From the IMG/VR virus record IMGVR_UViG_643886092_000009: a DNA stretch of 64,000 bases; one strand, 5' to 3'. Position 1 is the first letter of the stretch; every line of letters starts with the position of its first letter. The notes beneath the pieces are model-generated. The model worked only from the letters and a program-made list of their open reading frames with translations. It was not told the origin of the DNA and ran no database searches. The translations under genes were made by a program, and so were the position numbers. This stretch comes from an uncultured virus (IMG/VR IMGVR_UViG_643886092_000009) (Duplodnaviria > Heunggongvirae > Uroviricota > Caudoviricetes). Of this stretch, positions 29,355-37,317 are shown piece by piece.

Positions 29355-29696
29355 TATTTGTATGAGACTAATTTCCCTCATTTCTCTATGCTAATTAGGG
29401 GTATTTGCCTTTCAAGTACAAAACAGAAGGCAATAAGTTTAAACCACGTAAATTTTTCATGTAACTTGTCCGAAATATGAAGAGTTGGTAAACTTTTCTG
29501 TAACGGAAACGGAAATTGGAAGTTGTCAATGTCAAGAGAGTTTCAGTTTGCGTAAAAGGGGTAGATTTGCGGTGGAAGTGCGAGAGTCAAGAGTCTTTTT
29601 GATGAGTCAAGAGGGGAGAACAGAAAAGTCAAGTAGTAAAAAGAAAATAAAGTACGAAAAAACTTTCTATTTTTGCTATTATTTTCATGAAAACCT

Positions 29697-29726
29697 TTGA
29701 CAAAATACCGATTCTCATAGTATAAT
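29697..29726 (+). promoter_or_regulatory. sigma-A promoter
   Basis: TTGACA-18bp-TATAAT. Confidence 0.75.
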
Positions 29727-29837
29727 AAGTATATAGAAATGAGGGAGATACATAAGAGATTATGAAAGTCCTTCATGCAAGTAGCTAGAAATATCTATCA
29801 TAAAAAAAAATTAAAAATTATTAGGAGGTCATTTCAA

Positions 29838-30596
29838 ATGGCAATCAAAAACGTAGTAGAAGAAAAAGGTACACAAGTAGCAGTAGAAAATAAAGCAGTT
29901 GGTGAATTAAAACCTGCTGAAACAAAACGTCCACAAGGCGCAGTTAACTTACAAGCACAAGGTGAGTCAATTTTAGCGGCTAAATCAGAAGAAGAAAAAG
30001 CTAACATGGGTTCTCGTTCAAAAGACATCGAATTCTTAAACCTTGTAACTAACCCTTGGCAACCAGTTTCTCGTAAAAAAGACGGAGACGTATTCAAAGG
30101 TGAAGAGTCTGTAGGTGCTATCTTCAAAAACGTTGGTACTGAGCCAATCACTATCACAGAAGTTCCAAACAAAACTTACAAAGTAATGGACGGAGACTTC
30201 GATAAAGTAACTGAGCGTTCTGTAGCACCAGGCGAAACATTCGTATTAAACTACATCGAAACTGCAATGTTATTAACTCGTGATGAGTTTGGTTGCCGTG
30301 CAACAGGTGGAGACAAAGTTGTTTCTTACTCTACACAAGTTTCTAAGAAAGACCCAACTGGTATCCCAACTACTAAATTAAACCTTAAAGGTGCATCAAT
30401 CAAAGACCTTTCAGTATCTATCGCTGACGTAGATGCTAACGGTACTAAAACTATCAAAGATGAATTCAAAGAGAAATTTGAAATCTTCTCAACTCGTGGT
30501 ACTCGTAAACGTTCTGCATCTGCATCAGGTTCTAAAGCGAAAGTTAACTACGCAGGTCTTGCTGTACAAGCTATGTTCCAAGCTAAAATCAAGTAA
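29838..30596 (+). CDS. probably abundant protein of unknown function with a basic C-tail
   Basis: ATG 29838 behind AGGAGG; strongly biased codons (ATC, TTC, AAC, CGT, GCT); tail RGTRKRSASASGSKAK. Confidence 0.85.
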   Translation: MAIKNVVEEKGTQVAVENKAVGELKPAETKRPQGAVNLQAQGESILAAKSEEEKANMGSRSKDIEFLNLVTNPWQPVSRKKDGDVFKGEESVGAIFKNVGTEPITITEVPNKTYKVMDGDFDKVTERSVAPGETFVLNYIETAMLLTRDEFGCRATGGDKVVSYSTQVSKKDPTGIPTTKLNLKGASIKDLSVSIADVDANGTKTIKDEFKEKFEIFSTRGTRKRSASASGSKAKVNYAGLAVQAMFQAKIK

Positions 30597-30624
30597 TTTG
30601 ACTTTAGTGAAAGTGTTCTAAAAC

Positions 30625-30666
30625 TAACTGTTAGTGCTTAGTCGTCCTACTAAGTGCTAACAGTTA
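30625..30666 (+). terminator. hairpin terminator
   Basis: TAACTGTTAGTGCTTAG...CTAAGTGCTAACAGTTA. Confidence 0.7.
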
Positions 30667-30962
30667 TCTTATTGTAATAAAACGTTACTTAATTCATGCC
30701 TAGAACTAAGTAATCAGCAAAACTCCTTATTGAAAATATTGTATTCTTCAAATTCAACTATTTAAAATAAGGCGTGACGCTAAAACACAAAACAAAACAA
30801 TCGTAAGTTATTTGTGAATGTATCTTATGTCAAACGAGACTCTTTATTTTATCTGTCCTATCTTATCTATCAGGTAAACATTCGATGTTTACAAACTGTT
30901 TATATAGATGTTAACTTTAATAATCTTTAGTATTACCGCCTAGTGGAAATATTACCAACTTG

Positions 30963-30999
30963 AAGGGAGGTTGACTGGAAACAGTTAACCTCCTTATTT
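30963..30999 (+). terminator. hairpin inside a 640-bp non-coding gap
   Basis: AAGGGAGGTTGACTG-GAAA-CAGTTAACCTCCTT. Confidence 0.65.
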
Positions 31000-31234
31000 C
31001 ATACACAAAACTTTTAATTAGGCAATAAACAATACAATAAGAGTTAATAACGGTATAAGGTAGGTAAGACGGATACATATAAGAGTAAGAAAAATTATCT
31101 GTAATGGAGTAAAAGAATAAGGGGTAGTTAGACCTTATCTTTTAAGATGTATGTCGAATATTTTACACAACTATAGACGGCATAAGTAGAATTGTACAAT
31201 ATATGTATAAAGTAAGAAAGTAGGGGTATGTATT

Positions 31235-32530
31235 ATGTCAAACGACAAGTTAGAGAGTAACGAGAGATTAAATATCACTCGTAGATATAGACCAAAGTCA
31301 ATGGACGAGTATAAAGGAAACGAAGATTTAAAGAAAGCAGTTTTCAGTTGGTTAAACAATATCAACAAACCACAAGCGATTCTTTTGAAAGGTACTACAG
31401 GTGGGGGTAAAACTTCAATGGCTCGTATTGTAGCCAAAGAATACCTATGTGAAGACCGTGATGAAGAAAAAGGAGCATGTGGTGAGTGTTATAGTTGTAA
31501 GATGATGGATGATTATATTGAAACAGGTAATACAGACGGATTAATGGGGTTACGTGAAATTAATGCTTCAAAAGACTCAGGACTTACTGCAATAAACTCA
31601 TTATTAGAAGAAGCACAATACCCTAATCCAGACGGCTCATGGAAGATATACATTCTCGATGAGTGTCACCGAATCAGTATTCCCGCCCAAAACAGCTTAT
31701 TAAAACTAGTAGAAGAACCACCTGAGAACGTGCTATTCATGTTCTGTACAACTGACCCTGATAAAATGTTAGATACGTTATTAAACCGTTGTAACATTAA
31801 ATTAGACGTTAAGAAACCTTCAGAGGAACAGCTTACACAAATCCTGTTAGATATTTGTGTGAAAGAAGGTATCTCATATGACAGAAAAGGTCTTTCCTTA
31901 ATCGTAGACAGGTCTGAACTTGTTATTAGACAGGCTCTTATGGACTTAGAAAATGTAATTGTACAAACTGAAAGTGCAGAACATCGTTTTGTATCAAAAA
32001 TATTTGATAAGCATCCAAACAGTTTGTATTTCGACTTCTATCGTGCTTTACTCAAACATGACACGCATCAATTTGTTTCTATTATCCACAAGGTCAAAAC
32101 TAAAATGACGGTACAAGAATTCGTTAAAAATTTGACTAACTTTACTAAAAGAGGGATATACATTTGGAATGGCGTGAATCTTGAGGGAATTACGGAGAAC
32201 GAACTAAAAAACATGAAAGAATTGTTTAAACAGTTCAAGTTAGAAGAACTTGCAATGATGATTGAATTCCTAACTACGGTATCAGACGGTGATGTAGAAG
32301 TTAATCTACTTCTTTTAGGATTTAAGGGATTAGAAAAGCCTAAGAACGTACAATCACAAGAAGAGGTAGTCATTGAAGAGAACAAGAACGATATCGAACA
32401 GGAAAACAAAGTAATATCAGGTAATAAAAAAGCCATTACAGAGGAACGAAAACTAAAGAGTATAGAAAGCGTGAAGAATGCGGTAGAAACTGCAACCGCA
32501 GAAGAAGTATGGAATTTGTTTGATAAATAA
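31235..32530 (+). CDS. dnaX: DNA polymerase III gamma/tau-like clamp-loader ATPase
   Basis: RYRP, GTTGGGKTS Walker A, C...CGECYSC Zn site, YILDECH, NSLLKLVEEPP, LNRC. Confidence 0.9.
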   Translation: MSNDKLESNERLNITRRYRPKSMDEYKGNEDLKKAVFSWLNNINKPQAILLKGTTGGGKTSMARIVAKEYLCEDRDEEKGACGECYSCKMMDDYIETGNTDGLMGLREINASKDSGLTAINSLLEEAQYPNPDGSWKIYILDECHRISIPAQNSLLKLVEEPPENVLFMFCTTDPDKMLDTLLNRCNIKLDVKKPSEEQLTQILLDICVKEGISYDRKGLSLIVDRSELVIRQALMDLENVIVQTESAEHRFVSKIFDKHPNSLYFDFYRALLKHDTHQFVSIIHKVKTKMTVQEFVKNLTNFTKRGIYIWNGVNLEGITENELKNMKELFKQFKLEELAMMIEFLTTVSDGDVEVNLLLLGFKGLEKPKNVQSQEEVVIEENKNDIEQENKVISGNKKAITEERKLKSIESVKNAVETATAEEVWNLFDK

Positions 32531-32570
32531 ATTCCATACTTTATATACGGATAGATAGGAGGTTAAACTA

Positions 32571-33335
32571 GTGTTTAAAAAGCTAAAAGCTTTAAGATTA
32601 GGGGTATCAACCGCTTTCTTTATGGCTGTTTTTAAAGCACAAACTACGTTTGCCGAGTATGACGATGTAAACAGCGGAGGTTACGATGCAGTTACAGGCG
32701 AAGGTGGACGTAGTAGTTTTAATGGTGGAACGAGTACTCCTAGTGAAGTCTTTAAAGGGTATAATCCAGTTACATCAGAACAGATGGAAGCAGGTCGCTA
32801 CTGGGCTTCTCCTTTTACAAACGTACTAGGTATCGGTATTGGTGTACTTATGTCAGCAACTTTTGCATGGGTATTCTTCCAAACCGCATTAGACTTGTTA
32901 TATTGGGCTATTCCACCGTTAAGGGGTTTACTAGCAAAACAAAACCCTGCAATGCAAGGTGGCGGTATGATGGGTATGCAACCACAACAGCAACAATCCT
33001 CTAGTCGTAAGTTCGTTTGTGTATCAGACGAAATGCTACAAGCAATGGAGGAAGCAGGAAACCAAGCTTCACAAGGCGGTATGGGTGGAGGAATGCCTAT
33101 GGGCGGTGGAATGGGAATGCCTATGGGTGGCGGTATGGGGATGCAACAAGCACCTCCAAGTCGTAAGAACGTATTAGTTACATACTTTAAGAAACGTTTA
33201 CTTTCTATCGTTATTTTAGGGGTATGTGCAACTGTTCTATTCTCTAGCTTACTATTAGATACAGGTATAAACATGGGTCAATTCGTATTAAAAATCATTT
33301 CATTCTTTAACGATGTTGTAGTTAGCAACACATAA
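32571..33335 (+). CDS. membrane protein, paralog family P1 (Gly/Met-rich loop)
   Basis: Signal peptide; PF...LDL..AIP...VSDE...YFKKR motif shared with 35102 and 36100. Confidence 0.75.
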   Translation: MFKKLKALRLGVSTAFFMAVFKAQTTFAEYDDVNSGGYDAVTGEGGRSSFNGGTSTPSEVFKGYNPVTSEQMEAGRYWASPFTNVLGIGIGVLMSATFAWVFFQTALDLLYWAIPPLRGLLAKQNPAMQGGGMMGMQPQQQQSSSRKFVCVSDEMLQAMEEAGNQASQGGMGGGMPMGGGMGMPMGGGMGMQQAPPSRKNVLVTYFKKRLLSIVILGVCATVLFSSLLLDTGINMGQFVLKIISFFNDVVVSNT

Positions 33336-33351
33336 GAGAGGGGTATGTTAA

Positions 33352-33630
33352 ATGAAATCAAAAACATTAACTCTTTTATTTCAGAAACTTAACAACAAAG
33401 ATACAGAATCAGCGAAGAACCTTGATAAAAACCGTATTAAGGTAGAGATTGAAAATGCTTGTGAGCTTCATTTAAATGAAGCAAGTGAGGTATTTCAATT
33501 TGAAGTGAATCCTAGAGAGTTAGACCATGTGATTACGATTATCGAATTGGGATTAATCAATAAGTATGATATATTCCAAGTCGATAGAACAATCTTTAAT
33601 GCAAGACTAAGAGAAGTAGACTTAATGTAG
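33352..33630 (+). CDS. hypothetical protein
   Basis: 92-aa ORF with RBS. Confidence 0.7.
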   Translation: MKSKTLTLLFQKLNNKDTESAKNLDKNRIKVEIENACELHLNEASEVFQFEVNPRELDHVITIIELGLINKYDIFQVDRTIFNARLREVDLM

Positions 33631-33645
33631 TTTACATTTCAAACT

Positions 33646-33682
33646 GGGGTAGTTAAGGTACGAAAATTACTTATCCTACCCC
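33646..33682. terminator. hairpin GGGGTAG...CTACCCC
   Basis: Inverted repeat after a stop codon. Confidence 0.45.
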
Positions 33683-33860
33683 ACAAACTCTTATTCTCTA
33701 CCTAATAGAGTTATAGATTGAATTATTCTTCTATGAGCCTATGAGTGTATTAGAATAAGCTAATAGGTAATTTAAGGTAATAAACCAACAAATTACATTA
33801 CTCGTCGACTCTTACTAATCCTAAACCTAGTAACAGTCAGTAATCAAAGGAGTCAAGTAT

Positions 33861-34382
33861 ATGGAACATATTAAGGAAAGCAATACTTCCAGTAAAGTTC
33901 TAACAAACATGCAATCCGAAGTGATTTCCGAAAAGTTAAATATACCGTTTGTAACAGTCAGAACTGTAATCAAGAATTACAGATACATCCTAGCCGAAGA
34001 GTTATATCTAGGTATGGAAGTTAGACTAGGGTATATTTTAAAACTTGTACCTGACGTAATAACAAACAATTATTTAGCAACAACTGGTTATGAAGCATCT
34101 GTAATATCGACAAGAACAAACATCCCTTATAATACAGTTTTAAGTATCGTTACAAGTTACCTAGACATGATTATAGACACATTAGCTAGAGGAAAAGACT
34201 TTAATGTAGTAGGTATTGTAACTCTAAAGTCTTCATTTGATGGAGAAACTGGTGAGTTAAAAGTAAATACTAGTACGTCTAGAACATTAGTTGATGATTT
34301 ACGTGAACACGATAGGGCTGTAAGGGTAAAACTGAATAAAAATCTAAGGGACTTGTTTAAGAAAAGAGTGTCTATCGCTTAA
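33861..34382 (+). CDS. tandem HU/IHF-like DNA-binding protein
   Basis: Two repeats: ISEKLNIP...ELYLGMEVRLG and ISTRTNIP...TLARGKDFNVVGIVTL. Confidence 0.6.
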   Translation: MEHIKESNTSSKVLTNMQSEVISEKLNIPFVTVRTVIKNYRYILAEELYLGMEVRLGYILKLVPDVITNNYLATTGYEASVISTRTNIPYNTVLSIVTSYLDMIIDTLARGKDFNVVGIVTLKSSFDGETGELKVNTSTSRTLVDDLREHDRAVRVKLNKNLRDLFKKRVSIA

Positions 34383-35089
34383 TGGAAGGAAAAACTCATT
34401 ATATCGGTGGCTCTATAGGTGCAATGACTGGGTACATCTTGTTGAAAGAGAATAATATGTTGTTAGACTCGGTACATCCAACACTTCAATTTAGCATGAT
34501 TTACTTAGCAGGGGTATATGGTGGAATGCTACCTGATGCAGACCATCATTCGGGTTCTAACCCAATGAAAGACCCTGTAGGAGTAGTATTTAACAAACTA
34601 CTTCATGTATTTAATAAACCTTATAAGAGATTAGATAGTGTTATGAGTAGTAATCATAAGAAGCGTAGTTTTGCTTATAAACTTCTAAGTATACTAAAAT
34701 GTACACATAGAAGTTGGCAAACTCATAGTGAGTTAACTTTACTATTCTTCCTGTACTTTATCGTACAATTACTTACCGCAAACACGTCAGACCCTTCGGT
34801 AGCTATAGCAGTATTACTACTAACGGGATTATCTTTAGGGGTACTATCACACTTGGTATTAGACCTGTTAACCGCAGAGGGTATCAAATTTGCGACAGGT
34901 ATAATAATAAAAACTTTCTTTCCGAGGATTCCAATGATTGATTCAATAAGACTAGTACCCAAGTGGCATACTTTTACAACAGGCTCACCTTATGAACTAA
35001 CTGTAAGGTACTCTTTAAACGTAGTTCAGTATTTCCTATTGGGGTATTCTATATTGACTTTCTTTGGATACTCAATCATAACAGTATAG
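34382..35089 (+). CDS. YdjM/DUF457-like membrane metal-dependent hydrolase
   Basis: GKTH, LPDADH, HRSWQTHS, SHLVLDLLT-x-EG. Confidence 0.85.
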   Translation: MEGKTHYIGGSIGAMTGYILLKENNMLLDSVHPTLQFSMIYLAGVYGGMLPDADHHSGSNPMKDPVGVVFNKLLHVFNKPYKRLDSVMSSNHKKRSFAYKLLSILKCTHRSWQTHSELTLLFFLYFIVQLLTANTSDPSVAIAVLLLTGLSLGVLSHLVLDLLTAEGIKFATGIIIKTFFPRIPMIDSIRLVPKWHTFTTGSPYELTVRYSLNVVQYFLLGYSILTFFGYSIITV

Positions 35090-35101
35090 GAGTGAATTAC
35101 A

Positions 35102-35980
35102 TTGGAAAAGACAGCAAACTTTCCTCACAAAGCGCTGAAATTCTTGATGGCATTTGTAATGATGTTATCAATCGGTGCATCGTTTATGGTTGCGCCAAAC
35201 ATGGCATCAGCCGATAACCGAATTGGTTCAACTGGCAACTCTAGTAGCGATGGTTCACAAGGGCGTTTACGTTCTTCTGTAGATAGTGCTATTGCAGACA
35301 AGTCTTATATCTCACAGACTGGTGACACTATTCGTGGTACAGAGTTAGTTAAAAACGGTATCACAACTGACCGTTTCGTAGAGTTAACTTCTAAAGAACA
35401 ACAGAAGTTAATCAACGATATGTCAAGTGCGGTATCTAAGCAACAAGCTAAAGATAAAGAAAACAACACAACAAACCCTGTAACTCAAGATACAGCTACA
35501 AACTGGTTAAAAGAGTTACAACAACGTCCGGGCGTTGGTGCTAAACTTTTAGGTAACATTACTGAACAGTTAAAGCCAGACTACGTTAAAGGTAATCGTA
35601 TCTTCCAACCTTTCGCTGGACCGATTAATACAGCTATCGCTTTAATGGTAATTGCACTAATGTTCTTCTTAGTAATGACATTCGCTATCGACTTAGCTTT
35701 CCTAAACGTACCAATGTTCCAAGCATGGGTAACTAGTGCAGGAGAAGGCGGAAACGGTGGACGTAAAGGTAACTTCTTCGTTTCTCGTGAAGCAATGCAG
35801 TCTTTAGAAGAGTCAGAGAATGGAAGTAACGGTAAATCTAAGAACCAAAACGGTATCTACATTAAGAAACGTTTCATCGGAATGTTCTTACTAGGTATCT
35901 GTCTATTATACTTAATCCAAGGTCAAATCATGATTCTTGTGGGTATGTTAATGGACTTACTAGCAGGATTCTTAGAGTAG
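35102..35980 (+). CDS. membrane protein, paralog family P2
   Basis: Signal peptide; PFAGPI...IDLAFLNVPMFQA...VSREA...YIKKR. Confidence 0.8.
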   Translation: MEKTANFPHKALKFLMAFVMMLSIGASFMVAPNMASADNRIGSTGNSSSDGSQGRLRSSVDSAIADKSYISQTGDTIRGTELVKNGITTDRFVELTSKEQQKLINDMSSAVSKQQAKDKENNTTNPVTQDTATNWLKELQQRPGVGAKLLGNITEQLKPDYVKGNRIFQPFAGPINTAIALMVIALMFFLVMTFAIDLAFLNVPMFQAWVTSAGEGGNGGRKGNFFVSREAMQSLEESENGSNGKSKNQNGIYIKKRFIGMFLLGICLLYLIQGQIMILVGMLMDLLAGFLE

Positions 35981-36041
35981 GTTTTACGTTAAGACTGAGT
36001 ATAAACTCAATCAAAACAAATCATTCATTCATAACAATTGT

Positions 36042-36071
36042 GAGGTGTTTAGGGGTAACCTTAAACACCTT
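36042..36071 (+). terminator. hairpin
   Basis: GAGGTGTTTAGGG-GTAA-CCTTAAACACCTT. Confidence 0.65.
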
Positions 36072-36099
36072 ACTTTTAGCTTAAAAACGAGGTGTTACG

Positions 36100-36909
36100 A
36101 TGGTTGCAAAAAGCAAAGCAATCAACTATAGATTACTTGTAGTAGTTCTTTTACTCGTTTCTCTGTTAGGGGTATATAATCCTGTAACGGCAAATGCAGT
36201 CTCTAACCCTTATATCTTACTAGATAGTGATAAAGGGGTAGATTCAGTAGTAGAATCAGTAAACTCCAAGTCGCAATCCTTCCCTGATTATGGATTTAAA
36301 CTATTAATTCAAGATAAGAAAGACCCAAAGAAGGTTGAAATTGATAAGGTAAACTATCAAAAACTATCTACTGAGGATAAGAAAGAGTTAATGAAACAAA
36401 CCTTTACAGAAGTAGAGAACAGTAGTATGGGTGGTCGTGACCGTTCAAGATTGTATAACTTCATTGAAGAACAAGATGAAGGAACAGCATCAGCAGTTAG
36501 ACATTTATCTACAAATGTAACGACTGACTTTGTATCAGCTAACGAGATATTTAGACCGTTTACAAGTCCAATCAGTACATTTTTAGGTTTAGCATGTATT
36601 GTTATATTCTTCATGTTAGCAATTGCTATTACAGTAGACATTTGTTTCCTATCAATACCTATGTTTCAAGCCTTTGTAATGAGAAATGACAAAGACAGAC
36701 CTTCTTATATTTCACAAGAAGCATGGGACAGTCTATTAATTGCCGAATCAAACTTAGGAACTGGTGATTATAGTTTATGGGGTACGTATTTGAAGAACCG
36801 AACAAAGACAATGGTCTTAGTTGGTTTAACTTTAGGGTATCTAATAGCAGGTCAAATGTTTGATTTAGCTATATTCATAGTAGACGTATTTACAAATGCA
36901 CTATCTTAG
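36100..36909 (+). CDS. membrane protein, paralog family P3
   Basis: PFTSPI...VDICFLSIPMFQA...ISQEA...YLKNR. Confidence 0.8.
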   Translation: MVAKSKAINYRLLVVVLLLVSLLGVYNPVTANAVSNPYILLDSDKGVDSVVESVNSKSQSFPDYGFKLLIQDKKDPKKVEIDKVNYQKLSTEDKKELMKQTFTEVENSSMGGRDRSRLYNFIEEQDEGTASAVRHLSTNVTTDFVSANEIFRPFTSPISTFLGLACIVIFFMLAIAITVDICFLSIPMFQAFVMRNDKDRPSYISQEAWDSLLIAESNLGTGDYSLWGTYLKNRTKTMVLVGLTLGYLIAGQMFDLAIFIVDVFTNALS

Positions 36910-36910
36910 A

Positions 36911-36947
36911 AAGATTGGCTTTAGACTGTAGCCAGTCTTTTTATTTT
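36911..36947 (+). terminator. intrinsic terminator
   Basis: AAAGATTGGCT...AGCCAGTCTTTTT. Confidence 0.8.
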
Positions 36948-36993
36948 GCCTAAAATAAACTAGTAAACTGATACTAGTAATCTATAGACAGTA

Positions 36994-37022
36994 TTGACAA
37001 ATAGATGAATTTATGGTATAAT
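36994..37022 (+). promoter_or_regulatory. sigma-A promoter of the transfer operon
   Basis: TTGACA-17bp-TATAAT, ~295 nt upstream of the 1834-aa ORF. Confidence 0.9.
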
Positions 37023-37317
37023 AGTAGTATGAGTCGGAGGAAAGATTTGGTAGACTCATAGGTAGAACATTATATACGTTAAAAGTAGCTAGATGAGGTA
37101 GTATTAGTTAATAACTTGTTTGGCGTAGCAGAACAGATATATAGTGTTGTAAGTGTTTAAGGAGTATATTGTGATAAAGTAAAGATAACCTTAATAAACA
37201 CAGTCCTGTCTTTTATATTACACCTTGAGATATAAGAGACATATAGGGCAATGGTCGTTAGACTAATCTGAACCGATAGTAGGTGATAGACATAGAAAAT
37301 CAAGGTGGTGTAAGTAA

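Noticed and set aside
29485..29700. 71-aa + strand ORF
   Set aside because: No good RBS, atypical composition, and it overlaps the repeat array and promoter.
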